Both the position numbers and the translations under genes were made by a program. From the NCBI GenBank assembly GCA_051294375.1, contig CM119266.1, positions 18,408,087 through 18,472,086 of the forward strand: 64,000 bases of DNA, given 5' to 3'. Below the pieces are notes generated by a model that was not told the DNA's origin, did no database searches, and worked only from the letters and a program-made list of their open reading frames with translations. The stretch comes from Paraspadella gotoi (Eukaryota; Animalia; Chaetognatha). Positions 12,804 to 27,000 of the stretch are shown here, piece by piece (within the stretch, counting starts at the first letter, position 1; every line of letters starts with the position of its first letter).

Positions 12804-15800
12804 CTACGAAATGTCCTCGTCAGAGTCTGAGGCTGCGCCGGGATGTTGCTCCATGGATTGTAAGTCTCGTCGTCGTCTTGGTCGTCGTCATCCTCTTCCT
12901 CATTCCTCTTCCTCATTTTCCCTCCTCAACCTCTCCCACCCTCCTCGTCGTCGACCCACCTTCGTCATCTCACCACCTGATCGAAGGGAAGGCCGTCTTC
13001 TCTTCGTCGTCCGTCGCTTCGCCGTCGTCTGAAACGTCGTCGATGTCCTCGGCCTTGACGGGGAGGTAAAAAGGAAAGCGAGAGAAGGCAGAGAAAATGA
13101 AAGAGGGACATAAAGAGAGAGAGAGAGAGGTAGAAAAGTAAAAACTTAATCTAAATCTAAAAAGTAAAAACTTATATAAATTCTTCTTTGTCTTATAAAC
13201 CTTTTTTTTTCTCTTCTTCTTCTTCTTCGGGCTTCACGCTTTTCTTTCCTTTTTTTCTCTCCTCCTCTGCGACGCACCCAATCGACGTGCCCCTCCTCGC
13301 CTGGCGGCGGCACAGATTCTCCCCCGTTGCAGCCGAGTCTTCCCCCTTTGCAGCCGAGTCTTCCCCCTTTGCAGCCGAGTCTTCCCCTTTGCAGCCGAGT
13401 CTTCTCGCGGCTCAGCTGAGTCTTCCCGCGCTCAGCCGAATCTTCCCGCGGCTCAGCCGAATCTTTCCGCGCTCAGCCGATCTTCCGCGGCTCAGCCGAA
13501 TCTTCCCGCGCTCAGCCGAATCTTCCCGCGGCTCAGCCGAATCTTCCCGCGGCTCAGCCGAGTCTTCCCGCGGCGTTGTGGAATCTTCTAGAGAAACTCC
13601 TGAATCCTCCGATAGCTGCCGAGTCTTCCGGGGGGCAGCTGAGTCTTCTGGGGGGCTGCGGAGTTTCAGACGGACCACCTCAACTATAGACGGCGACTGC
13701 CGCAGCCGAATCGACATCCATTCCTTCGCCTGTCACCATCAGGGTTTTTATCCGCTTCAGCCACATCCGCCGCCGCGCCGCCATCCCCGTCGCCACTTCT
13801 TTTCCAATCCTCTTCCACCGCGTCCGTCTCCATCGCCTCCTCTTCTTTCTATCATCCTCCCTTCCCTCCTTCTTTCTCTTTTCCCTTCTTCTCTCAACCC
13901 CATCCTGACATCTAAATCCTCGGCCTCTTCTCCACCTCGTGACGATAATCTCCTCCTTCTCTTCCTCTTTCACTTCCTCTCCTTCTCTCGGCTTCGCCCG
14001 GCGGCGGCTGCCAGTCCCCTCCTCTCGCTTTTCCTCGCCTTCTCCTCCATCAGATGTCTCTCTGCTCGGATGAAGTTGATCTTTTGGGAACATATCGAAG
14101 ACGAACTGGGCCATGTGGGGCATGTTCTGACATGGAGGAAAAAAGATTGATTAGTATCGCGTAAGAGGGTTTAGGCCAAGTGCTTACATGGCACGGGCTA
14201 AGTTAAAGCCATCAGGGAATGTTCTGACATTACGCAGGAAATTAAGGATAAACTCATCCGGGTTATTTCTCACTTAAAGAAAGAATCATGGCTCATGGGT
14301 TAAGCTGTGTGATCCTGAAAACCTGAAAAATCATGTGATCCCTAAAAATTTCTACGGCTAAAACGTTTTTTCCACCCACCTCGATAATAAGAGGTTTGTT
14401 GTTGGGGTTCGGCGTCCCACGGCCGCTGCGTCGGAAACAGCTCCCACGGCGCGAGATGCAGCTGCGTCGGACGGGAGCACAACTGTGAAAAGCGGGGTGA
14501 GTTCGTAGCAGTTCGCGAAGAGCGAGACGCGGCGAAGATGTAGAGGCCGAGTCGAGCGCGGACCTGAGACGGGGGTCGTTGAGGGATCACTTGATCAAGA
14601 GAATGGGATTCACACTCATTCCAACAAGACAGGCTAACTCACATGGCGAGATAAGGCGCTGACGTCGCGGAGATGACCCACGGTTTTTGTTCGTACGAGC
14701 GAGAGGAGGATGAAGTCGTTTTTGTTGTCCTTGAAACGATCCACTGTCGTCACTCTGAGAAGGAGAAAGTTTTATTGGGGCTTAACGGAAACAGAGGGAG
14801 AGAGAGGCGTAACCAATTCTTGACCCACCTTGGAAGGAAATCCCAGCATGGATTATTGCCGCATCTCCGATGGCAGCACGTCGCGGATGAGATGCTTGCT
14901 GCCCGTGTATGTGGTGAGGATGGAGATCTTCTGCGCGGATAACCCAGAGTCCGCAATGTTACATGAAAGTCGCCACACACAAACTCTGCCTCCGCCAGAT
15001 TTTGGTTAGAAGTGTGGTTGGGTTCGGATTCCCCGACGCCGTTAAGTCTTCACGTTTATCACCTGGAGAGAAATGATGAGAGAAGGAAGTGAATAGGGAA
15101 GAAAATAAATCGGGAAGAAAATGAATACATAAAGGGAAAAGTGAAAGAGATAAAAATGAATGAGGAAGAAATAAAAAGGGAAAATTAATCGGGAAAGAAT
15201 TATACCTGGTGATCGTAAAAGGAATCCAGCGTTGGCGATTGAACTCAGGATAACTGTAGATGTGAGGGAGATTGCCCAACTTTTTATATCTCCAACTGTA
15301 GAGGCCGCTAATCGTGTCTGGCTCTGCTTGGGCATCAAGGTCCACAGTGGAACGCCGAGTCGGAGAACCTGGGGCAAGGATAAAGTCAATAACTATCAAC
15401 TATCATTGTGTATTCGTTTGCCTTCTCCTCGTCTTAAATCTACTATTTCTTACCTGTGAAGAGAGACTGTTCCATGTTGGAATATTTTGGAAGCTCATGT
15501 TTTGATGACGGCGGGAGTTGCGGGTGATCTCCGATCATGATCCACCTGAGATAAGAAAGGAATTTGTCGATTCACCTTCCTTATCTCACCCCTTTCCTCG
15601 ACCACGAACTCACCTTTTCAATCGGTTGGATCCGTCGAGCTCCGGGTTTTGCAGCAGCAGCGGGGATAAAAGTTCTCGATCTCAAGATCTGCGCCGATTC
15701 TTCCATGATGACATTCTCCGTTACTGAAGCCCGCCTTTGATAAAAAGCGGGACGGCGTTTTTGAATATTTATTATCAATAAACATTATTAAATAAGTATT

Positions 15801-18800
15801 AGAGACAAAATGACCCCTACCTTGACAAAGTCCTTTCTCTTTAGCGCAGCATGAGTACAAGTCATGGCGATGATCTTGGCTTCCTTGATGAGCAGATACT
15901 TGGCACGATCGGCTCCCGTCCTCAGGCAATTCGAAGGCGCGATATTCCTCAACTGTTCGAAGATCTTCTGATGTAGCGGTAGCAGCCCTCGGCGACTTCG
16001 GTGTCGCGGCGAAGGCTCTTGCCTGGGAGAGGGGCTGAGGGCGTTGGCAAAGAGGCGGTGAAGGGGAAGACGACGCCGACGCGGGAGGCAGCGGAGTGGA
16101 GGGGTGGGAAGTTCGGTGGCGGGCCGCCGAAACGGCGGGGACGGGAAGTTCGGCTTCGAAGGAGGCGTCGTGGTCGCCGTGATTTCGACGAAGAGCGGCC
16201 AGTTTTACGTGGAAATGTTTCCCATCTGAAAGGGTCAGAGTCTCAATCATTTTTCTAACTTACTAACTATGACGCTGATAAACTGGCGAGGATCTGATGC
16301 AAGTAAAAAAATGCCCGGCCGTCTCGCAAGTGTAGCCGACGCACCCGGGACGGTCGTTACTCTTCGAAGCCGCCCCACCTCCTCCAGCAACTCCAGCCGA
16401 TGAGCAGAGGACATGTGACGCGACCATATTTGAGAAGTCCTTCTCGGTGGCTAACATCTCTCGCCTCGACCCATGCGGAGAAGGTGGCGCTCATCGATGT
16501 CCAGCGCCATCACCTGGGTTAGAGGCAACATAATTCATGTTATTCATTAAAATCAATTAAAAATTAGGAGAGGTATCCGTGAGCCAAATCGATTGACACG
16601 AAGTAAATTAATGATACATGACTATCAAACATTAAGAAAAAATTTTATGCCATTTTGATAGACAAAATAGTTTTGAAATGCCCAAATATTGATTAAAATG
16701 GGTTTAAAACATCCTTAAAATGCCTCCCGAACATATTGGGACAAACTCAACGCTAGAAAAATTATCCCTCATCAAGCAAAGATGGTTTTTTTAAAGATGA
16801 TTCAGTTTCTTACCCAGTCAAAATTTTTATATAGTTTTGATTCTTTTGCAAGACTTCTTTAGTGACAAAATTACTTTAAAAAAATTATATGTGAAGGTTG
16901 AACTCAGAACAACTGCATTACTTCCCTCTGCTTAACTTTTGGTAAAAAAAATTGATGCAGTTGATGTGTGTTGTATTGGCTACTATATTTTTGTGAAACA
17001 ACTCCTGTTTAAAAGGTAAACAAATCATACTGTTAGCCACAGCTGCTTTTCATACTTTCCCATGTTTAACTTGCCAATTATGATCAGCGCACACAGATCT
17101 GCATCTTCTCAACAATCGTTATCCCTAATTTTGATGCTTTAATGTTGTTAAGCGAAGCTTCTTAAATTGCTTGCCCAAAGGCCTGAGAATAAATGCTCTG
17201 TATAAACCAACTGCCCTTCTGGACCTTGTACAGGTCACAAATCTGAAAAATATTTATATTGTAATCTTGGATACTGAATTAAAACTATTCATTGCGCTTG
17301 ATTATTAAGAGATGCGATGAGCCATCGATTTGACGACTTTAACATCTTCACAAAAAAAAACTAATTTAAAGTTGTTAATAAAGATGAATTTTAAAAAAGA
17401 TGAGTCAGTCGATAGAGTAAACCGTGTCACTGGATTTGGCTCACTGGGTAAGTACCTTCTCGAAGAGTTGATTGAGCGCTTGATTGGAGTGTGGATGATG
17501 AGCGTGCGCTCCTTCGGAAAGTTGTGATAAATGTTGGATATCGATCTGGACGGCAACGTCGTCTTCCCCAAAAAAAAGTACACGGGCGGGACCAACCACC
17601 ATGGTGAGACCATTTGCATGCCGGATCGAATGGCTTCGATCTGGGAAGAGAAAGAAAAAAATCTTAAAGCGCGATTACTAGTCAATAGAGGAAAAGCACT
17701 ATAACAAAGCTTACCTGGGTTGGCGTGAACGGGACGGCGTTTTTCTTTGGAACCAAAAACGGATAAGGTCCTCTGGACGGGATCGCGTACGGCTCGACGA
17801 TTTAATTTGGGTTCGGTCTGTGACTCAGCCGGCGCGCACGAGACGCGGCTTGCCGCTGCTGCGGAGGCGCAGCGACTTGGGGTTTTTCCTCCCCATTCTC
17901 TACTTTCTTCTCTTCCTCCGATTTCTCCTCCTTCGTCTCCTCCTTCCTCTCGTCTCTCGCCTCCTTTAGCCCGCCTTCTCAACAGGCTCTTCCTCCCCTA
18001 TCTCTTCCGCCCTCGTTTCTTCGCCTTCTTTTTCCTTTTTTTTCTTGCTCTCTTCGCCTCCTCGTCTTCTTCCTCTTCCTCCTCCAACTCTGGGAAGGTG
18101 AGTCTGAAGGGAGGTTTGCGCAAGGAGACAACGTCTTCGTCGAGATCGTCGTCCACGGCGACGACGACCTTAGGAGCAAAGAAGAAAATAGGTTTTTATG
18201 TTCGAATTTATTCATAATAAAATCAATTAGTCATTCATTTATAAGCTCATTGATCCATCCTTTTGAAGTCATTTCTTTATTGCGTCACCTCTGATCGGGA
18301 AGGAGTTCTTGAGATGATCATAGTGACAAGAATGTGTCGTTAAAATCCATGGTCGCGGCGGCAAGCTTTGGCGGCGCTTCCGGGTCGATTCTTCATTTTG
18401 GTGTTAGTGAGCCGCCCCGGGATCGCCGTAGCCCAGAAGATATCGACGAGCCAGTTGGGGACGACGCAGTCGGTGTTCATCAACTCCCTGATCGTCTCCA
18501 GCACCGCCTTGAAGTTGTTCTCCTTTGGCTTCCGTCGCATCAAGATGTTGAAGGTGTCGTAAACGTCCTCGTGGCCTTCAGAGGTGCGTGCATGTCCTGG
18601 AGGATGAAGAGGACGAGAAAGATGAATTCAAAGCGAAGGAGAAAGAGAGATCGGCAACTCACCTGCTGATATTGATTGCAATCAAGCCAAACGCGGTAGG
18701 TACGGCGCTGACCCGGCAACTTGGCGGCGGCTCTGGCCCTTCCTCGATAACCCGACCCTGCTCGTCCAGCATGCCCTCCACCTCGCAGCCGCGGACGTAA

Positions 18801-21800
18801 GTAAGACCCACTTGGGGATGAAGGTTTTTTGAGTCGTATCTGGGGTCATGGATGTAACGGATGGGTTTTGTGAAAAAGAGGGAAGAATATGCACGCGTAA
18901 AATAAATGAGTTAATTCATAAATCCCCATTAAATCAAATTCTTTGGTTAATTAGATTATTTAGTACTAATTTCCAATAAGTACATACATCGAATATTAAG
19001 AGAAAGACTTAAAATTCTTCTAAAAATCATCTCACTTCGTTCCGATTTGATTGGGTGCCCTCACGGTGACGAGGAACATGAACGTCGTGTTTCCTGATTC
19101 CCTCCCACTCTCGCGAATCTCGCGTCGCGACTAAGGTGACGGTGACGTCGGCGCGGACGGACGACGGACACGAATATCCGATGTTGGGCTTGGCCACTCC
19201 ACGATAGAGAATGAGAGGACAGCCTGGGCCATGCGAGCCCAAACCACCGAGGACCGTGCCCACCGTCGCGTCTTCGGCCTGGGTTGAGTCAGAGGTAAGT
19301 CAGAGTTTGTTTAATGTTTATTGTATCACGTATACAGAAGGCTCATATTAGAGAATGATATACTGTTTTTTGAGGCCGAGAATCGGTTTCCGGTATAACT
19401 ACTGGACAAAATATGTTGAAATTTTGTATATATGATCATTTTTAACTTTCATTCAATTTAATTAGAGTAAAATTTATATACTTTTACTACGCCTTATTGA
19501 TCATTCAGGATATCGAGGCGAATTTCAATATTTGACCCCTGGGTAAGATATGGGCCCCCCTGGGGCCACGATCAGCCACAGGGGCGGAAATAGGTATAAT
19601 TATCAAAAATCCCATCGATAGTTCCTTTTTCATAGCCAGCGTCTACCTTTCACGCCAAATTTTATCAATTTGATTGAATAGTTTGTTCGGAACCGATTCT
19701 CGGTACGAAAAAACGGCGTATGCCTTCTGTAATTCATTTTGTATCATTTTGATATTTTTAAGTAAAATTCTTTACTTTAAAGGGTTTCATCCGAACTACG
19801 TGTCCTGAATGTCCTCCCTGATCTCGTAGGTGGATCGAGCGGAAGAGGGTGAAGTTTCTTCAAGAGGTAATCATGGAGAGTGAGAAATTGAAGGTGAGTT
19901 TGGGCAGAGCGAGAGAACCTGTTTTTGGTGTGAAAGAGAGTGAAGAAGCGACAAATCCAAATCATGATAAGTCTCGAATCTCAAAAACGCAATCCAGCAA
20001 CAACACTTACCCTCTCCAGAGTAATAAGCGGACGGAACGAGGTTTCGTCCCAAAATGACGTCTCCGTCGATAAGCGGCATATCGTTGAGGGCATCCAACT
20101 GGGACACTCGACGCTCGCATCGTTGTAACAGAATCTCCAGCGGCGAATTTCGTGTCAATAGCCTGATTTCAAACATGTCGTTTAACTATGAAGCTCGTTG
20201 TTTGTATCAAAAGCAAACTTAGAAAAAAGTGAAAAGCAAACTTAGATAAAATGGAAAAGCAAACTTAGATAAAAAGGGGGAAAAAAATTAAAATTGGTTC
20301 AACTTTAGCAGAATTCCTTAATCTTATTTTGAATATTGTAGAAATTTTAAATACCTAAATAAGTGTACATAAGTTATAATGCTCTTATAATGCTCTTATA
20401 ATGCTCTTCTTCTAAGTCTAGGGTAATTGCCGATTAGAGATTTGAGACTCATCACCACACTTTACATCATTTTCCATCACACATTACAAACCAACAACTT
20501 GCCCTCTCATCAAACCAACCTCGAGCGCCTTCTCATCCTCCTCTGGCTTTGGCAGGAGATAAAGATGCGAGGCGACGCTAACGAGGTCGCGCTTCTCCAG
20601 CGCTGAGTGCGCAGCACGCTGCGTCCGCGTGTCGACGCTGCCGACGTTGGCCAGAGAGAATTTGTTCATTTGGCGCCAAATCTTTGTAGGTCGCCTTGGA
20701 GATGAAAAAAGTATTATGACCTTGTGTTTTTATAGATGTTCCCTCTATTAGCAGTAAACATCTTCCGACCAACATATATAAATAATATAGTGAAATAATT
20801 TAAAATAAAAAATCAAAAATAGAATAAAACTTTATAAAAATCAGAAAACCATGTATAGTTAAATAATAAAGAATAATTTTTTTGAAATCTTAAAAAGGTA
20901 AAAAAATTTAAAAAAAAATTCATATATTATATAATCTATACATTGTATTAAGGCGGAACAAGGTAAAAATTAAGATTTCTGTAATATAAAACTTAGAGAT
21001 CCCTGTAGGATAACGAAATTTAAAAAAAATTTAAAGTTTTATTTATAGTTATTAACATAGACGCATTTAAAGTCAGTATAAAAGGAGATTGGACCGACGC
21101 GAGTCTATTACCCTCTCCTTATAATTTCACCTTCTCTTCTTCTCTTCTTCCTCCTCCAGGATTCGGGGCCGCGTTCTCGAGGTTCAGTTCACCTTTCTCT
21201 CTCTTCTCCTACTAGTTTTTTCCCCTTTTTTACCCTCATTATTTTTTTATTTTTTTTATTTTCTGCCGTCAATTATTATTTTTCCCGCATTCTCATGACT
21301 TTACTTTCGGTTAGTTACCTTTTCAGAGAAAGTTCATCGTATCAGATTAAAAAAATCTTAACAAGTTTGCAAATGACGACTTTTTCTTTAGCGGCGGGCT
21401 TGTCGTGGGTCACCTTGTATTAACCACGTATCATCGAAATATTGAAAACGAATTATACTTTGTATAAACAACTTTTTATGGGCCATCTGAATCCGTTCTT
21501 AAAATTAAAATTTTTTTCTTTCATGCCTATTTATATATTTAATATTCATTGATAAATATTTAAATGCTTCAATGTTATACTGTGCTTCACTAGTTAAAGT
21601 ATATGATGGACAAATAAATTTTGTATTACAGAACTCCTTATGATAAAGTGATCAATTTTGGACCGCCCTTAATTATATATATATAATGTCTAATATATAA
21701 TTTATATCAATATAATCTATATATAATCTATGTCTTTATCTAATATTTATAGAGATTTAATTAATTATTTGATTATCAATAAATTAAAAAATAATTATTA

Positions 21801-22770
21801 GCAGAATAATTTAATTAGGTAACGTAACTTAGCTAGTGAACCAATTATTTCACTATAGATCACCCTTTCCCCCACTGTCCAACCTTCTGCAGCGAAGTGA
21901 AGTCGTTGTAATGCTGCAAAAGCCATTTGCCCATCGGTCAAGGCCTCTCCGCTGAAGTCGTCGATCTCGGAATCCCTCGTAAACCTCAGCCCTCAAGCAG
22001 CTGAGCAAATAGTCGCCCCTCGTCGTCGGCGCATCTCGACTGCGAGTTTGGAGAGGGGCGCAGCGTACAAACGGCGTGGGAGGCGTGGAGGATGGCGTTG
22101 AAGAGCGACGCGTCGGGAGAAGCGCTTCCAAATCTGTGAGATTCGAGGACGCGTTCAACATAGCGGAGCGATGTCGGTCGAGCCTCCGGAAGGAAAGAGG
22201 CTCGTGACGGTAGAAACGACGGAGAGGAAACGATGGATGAGAAGTCTGTGTTGGAAGGAGAGGGGAAAAGAGAGGGAGGGGGGGAGAGTAGAGAGATGTT
22301 AAAATGAGAGGGACAGACGGATTGTCGGAATGTAGATAGCAAAGATTAAATTCTTTCATCTCATATGCATATTCTATCAGAAAATAGTCTCACATCATAT
22401 TTTTCGTTTAAAACTGAGAAAATCCGCGTCTTCCCTCCTCCTCTCCGCGTCCCGTCCGCCTCCCCTACCACCACCGCCATCTTCTCTCCACCGACGCCAA
22501 ATCTTCCTGAGCTTCTTCGACTTTTCGAGTTCGCGCCTCTCGTCGCGCGGATGGAGACCCGACCAGATCTGGAGAGACACGAGCTTCTGGATCTCGAGTC
22601 GAACCATATCCACCTCGACAGAGTTGAAGCAGTGGATGACGAAGATCACGAGCGCGGTCTGTCGCGGAAGGTGAAGGAGGAGGAGGCGGGGGCGGCCGCG
22701 AAGTGGCTGCGTCGGGGGCGGAATCGTGGCCATCGGGGCGGAGCGCGCCTACGGACGCGGCGAAAAAAAC
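12804..22770 (-). CDS. AQR: RNA helicase aquarius, copy 1 (lacks first two exons; many indels)
   Basis: Same exons as copy 2 ([23 protein letters not shown] etc.). Homology to copy 2 stops at 22796. Confidence 0.85.
13326..13575. repeat. 21-bp coding minisatellite in the AQR C-terminal extension, copy 1
   Basis: Units (gcagccgagtcttccccctt)/(ctcagccgaatcttcccgcgg). Confidence 0.9.
19360..19721. mobile_element. ~360-bp MITE in an AQR intron, copy 1
   Basis: Ends atactgttttttga..ccgagaatcggt..ccg and cggaaccgattctcggtacgaaaaaacggcgtat are imperfect inverted repeats. Confidence 0.65.
20952..21668. mobile_element. TTAA-flanked MITE (Kolobok-like) in an AQR intron, copy 1
   Basis: TTAA|ggcggaacaa...ttggaccgcc(c)|TTAA; same family at 36504 and 46331. 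Confidence 0.75.
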
Positions 22771-22795
22771 CTGTACACGCGAGCGAGCGAGTTAA

Positions 22796-23841
22796 GGGGT
22801 TTGTGTCATTAGATTCGGGTCTTTATAGAGAAGAGACATATATTTTTCCTTCGTCTCTTGATATGATACTCGATCCACTCTGCCAGACAATTTTTCAAAC
22901 ATTTTTTTATCATATCATTCGAGCTGAGATATTGACGAAAAGGTTTTTTTTTGCTAAAAAAATTCCTCAGGGAACTGCGTTGACCTGAGAAATTCCAAAC
23001 TTTGCTCATAGGTTCTTTTATTCCATATCTACAAATGCATGGATGGATTTTTAAAAATTCCCAACATTTAGCTACAACAATATTAATTTAAAGTTACAAA
23101 AATGATGCCCTATTTTTGAAAAGCAATAAAATATAAGTCATTACTTATTGAAAATCCATCCATGAGATTGTAGAAAACCATAAATTTTGCAAAAGTGCAT
23201 CAGTATATTTTATTATTCGATAGTTATTGAGTTATCGATTTTATGTAAAAAAAAAAGTAGCAAGATTTTCTACAAAAGTTTTTTTCTCTGCTGGTTTCCT
23301 TGTGATTTTTTCAATTTTTTTCGACTGCAAGTAGCGAGAGACATAACGAGTTCATCGTGTCATGACGCGAAATAAGCGAATCAACAACGAAATTCTTTGA
23401 AAAAAAAAGCTGATAGAAATCGTCTTTACTGATGTTTTCTTTTTAAAGCAAAACATTGTTTTTTCTTTTTTTTTATTCGTTTTTCCTCTACACTGAATTA
23501 AACATTTTTTAATATCTTCTGACTGCAAAGCAGAAATTTTTTCCATCGGTGGTGAGTAAATCAATATGTTATGGTATAATCATTAGAATAAGATTCAAAA
23601 ACATTTCCGTTTGCTTATCTAGATTATACACTACTACTACTTGTCAAGTCCTGGGCTTCGCCTTTGTGGCTGAGACTTTGTCGTCTCAACTACTGAGCGT
23701 CATAGACCGGTGCATCGCTCCTCTGCGCTATTTCGCCACAAATACCAATGCTTTATTTGGCGTAGAGTTAGCCCGGAAAGTTAGCAAGTCAATGAAACCA
23801 CTCAAGCTGGAATACGCCATATGTTTTTCACATAAGTATTC
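22796..23841. mobile_element. Sequence inserted at a TTAA in the AQR intron of copy 1 only (probable transposon, right end lost in the gap)
   Basis: Copy 1 reads gcgagTTAA-ggggttttgtg and copy 2 reads gcgagTTAA-gtcgagaaa. The insert is AT-rich, apparently non-coding, with an internal inverted repeat catggatggatttt/aaaatccatccatg. Confidence 0.5.
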
Positions 23842-23866
23842 NNNNNNNNNNNNNNNNNNNNNNNNN
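23842..23866. other. Assembly gap (25 N)
   Basis: Run of n; duplicate copy 2 starts immediately after it. Confidence 1.
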
Positions 23867-24048
23867 AAACGGTAAGGAGACTCACTGCGAAAGTAAAATG
23901 AATCAAGAAAATATTTTTTTCTATTTTAATTTCCCTCGCTTAGACGCGAACCCGCGCGTCGGAGGGGAAATGCTATTCGAATTGTTATCCTTTAAAGTAA
24001 ATGGGCCGCATTCCACCAGAAATGCTTGGCTTCCTGCTTTTCCCCCGA

Positions 24049-27000
24049 TCAAAAAGGATCGCAAGGATGCTTGCAATTTTGAATCCAGGACTCGAGGTGA
24101 CCATCGTCGACGGTCATGAGAGCCGTGTAAACGGTCAGCTTGTTCAGTACGGGTTGAGAGGAGAGGACGTCGAAGAGACGTGAAAAACTCAGACGACGAG
24201 GGGAAATCTGGATCGAAAAATAATAACAATCAATGATCCTCATAAATTATCAAATAAATTGGTTCATTAAAAACCATTTTCAATCTTTATAAGTCAAATT
24301 ATCACACCATCAATAAGATTCAATAATCGTTTAAATAGCCGTTTGAATTTCGACGACCGTAACCAACCTTAACTACCACCGGTTGGTAATTTGATAAATC
24401 ACACGACTTTTTTTCGTTTTTCGTTTTTACATTTTTTGTTAGTTGAAAAAATGTCTATTTTCGTATTTTTCGCATTATTATTATATTTTATGTTATATTA
24501 TATATTATATTTTATATTATTAATGGTTAAAGGTGGTTATGGTTAAGGTTAGTAGTAATTACAAATAACGGAACGGAAAATCCCAGTCGGTGAATGTAAA
24601 ATTTTGCCCAATAATCAACAAACACATTCCCCTCCAACAGCTCAACCTCATTTACTACAGCAGCATCGCCCCTTTGCTCGAGTCACTCCCACCCACCTTC
24701 ACCATGCACCACATCCCGGCGTCCCGGCGCCGATCGTAAAAAGGTGCCGGGTTCCAGTTGTCGTAGTTCGTCTGAAGGATGAACCACTTTGGGTCTTCGA
24801 GTGGGAGGACGTCTACGGCCTTGGAGCGAGATCGGGTGATGATTTCCGCCTTGTTACGTAAAAGTTACAATTTTAATTAATTAATATAATTTGACTTAAC
24901 TTGCGTCCAAGACCTGCCCCGTGACGTTTCCCGCTAAAATGAAATAGGCCGGTGCCAGCATCTCCGTTTCCGTCAAGAGACGATGGGCGTCGACGTAGGA
25001 GGTCGCGTTCTCCATCACATCTCGGGTTAGGAATCCCATCCAGTGGGCGTGGCGGTCACCGAGGAGCCACTCGATGATCCCGATGTATCCGCCGTCTTTT
25101 TAAGAGGGAAAAGAAGAAAGGAAAAAATATCAAGAAAAAAAATTCAGCGAAAAAAGTTAAGAAAAAAAAAAATGGAACAAGGCAGAAACAAAAATGACCT
25201 AACCCAATATATCGAATCTTTCGTTCATCGTGAGAGTGAAAATCTTCGGTCGATTCGCGGTCAATATCCCGACGTAACCAGCAAAGTTAACGGATTTAAA
25301 AAGAGGGCGTCCGCCGCGACGGAATTCCAAGTTGACCGTCAGAGGGCGAAGGAAAGCGGGCGTCGCCCAGGTGTGTCTTTCAACATCCCATCTTTAAGAA
25401 GGACAAGAAGATTAATGTTTGAGAAGTTAAATCGCGAAAAATAGTGCTAACTAAAGTAAAATTATTCACTGACTTATTAAATGTTATTTAAATGATAATT
25501 AAATGTCACGGCCGATTAAAGGTATATTTTTCGCGACTGTGAATTCGAAAGTACGAGTGGAAATAAAAGCCTGTCTCTTTTCTCCCGCCTTTTGATGAAG
25601 AGCGGGAAAAAGAATGAAAAGCAGCAGAAAAGAGAAGAGAGAGAGAAAAAAAAAGAAAAGAAAAAAAAAGAGAGACAAATAGAGAGAAGCTGGATAACCG
25701 CTGCAGATCAGCTCTTTTATTATTTTTTATCAAATTAACCTATAGTGACAGAAAGACAGATCCGCCGTTCTGAACCAATCATTTTGGTTCTGTCCGTCTC
25801 ACTCGCGCATTTTCCAGAACCAGACTCCCGTCCCATCGCAGCGCTTATCAGAACTAATTCTATTACTTCATCTATCTCATCTATGTAGTACATTAGTCGG
25901 AAACAGAAATCCTATTAGGTACATTTTAAAGTCACGAATGACGAGCTCGAATCCGAGATTTTTTACCCCATGAAAAGTCCAAAGTCGAGGTTTCTCGCGT
26001 GATATAATCGCCCTCTCTCATCCTCGGCGACGATAGAGGTGCAGACGGTGAAGACTTCGTAAAAAATGTTAAAGAGAACGACATCAGAGAGGGAGACGTT
26101 CGTCGCGCGGGCATGCCTGAATCGAAGTTGGAAATTGAATTTAAAAGCAATGATGAAGAATCACTGGGACTGTCAACATCTCCTATTTGTAGCTCGTTTT
26201 ATAAAACATTGGTTTATATTCTAATTAATTTTACCTGATTATCGTTAGGCATTAATTTATATAAACCCTTTTTCTTTTTAAGCAGATCACGTGATATTAT
26301 TGTAATAGCCAGTGTCGGGGTTTTAAGAGGTTTTAATCGCTTTAATCCGTTTAATATGTTTTAAGATGGTTTAAGTCCTTTTGTATTAGCCCACTTCTGA
26401 TTTCTTGATTGGTGATTAGACCTTCCACATATGAAAAGTTTTGAAATAAAAAAACAAGTATTGTGTAAAAGGTGCCCATACATCATAGGAATTTTTTAAA
26501 CATTTTTTTTCAAAAAAAAAAAAATTACTGTAAATGCTGCAACTTTGAAAAAAATGGTAAAAAATGGACTTTTTGCTAAATATCTTTTAAAGCTTTATTG
26601 GAGAATAAGTGCTTTTTATGGAGAATGGAGCTTCTGGACACAAAGCCAAAGCCACCTAAAAATGACATGAGGAAAATGAGACTGAGGTGCTCCAAGGTTT
26701 GCCCAGAAACTAGCATGACTGCAATAACATCGAAAACGTCTGGTCAAGGATGAAAAAGGACATTTTGCAATATATTACGACAGTCAAGAAAAACAGGAAA
26801 ATTGTAAAACGTATTTGGCGGGATCTGAACCCTTCATATTTGCACAGCCTCTACGACTCTCTCCCTGGTCGCATAGAAGTAATGCTGGAAACAAATGCTG
26901 GTCCGACAATATATTAACTGAGTGTTTTCCTTCAAATATTAAAATAAAATACTTTTATCATAACTATTAAACATTTTTTGACCATATGTGACAATAATCA

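Larger units (their letters stand above)
8400..22796. repeat. ~14.4-kb duplicated block, copy 1 (ASAH1 plus 5'-truncated AQR)
   Basis: Collinear with 23867-38373. The first ~1.6 kb is nearly identical; the remainder differs mainly by 1-bp indels. Confidence 0.95.

Noticed and set aside
13188-14150. Long plus-strand ORFs (e.g. 320 aa at 13188) and similar ORF-track calls
   Set aside because: Antisense shadows of GC-rich, repetitive minus-strand exons with no recognisable domains.
8582-22770. ASAH1 and AQR copy 1 as true pseudogenes or new paralogs
   Set aside because: Lesions are scattered 1-bp indels that also affect copy 2, typical of unpolished long-read consensus next to a gap.
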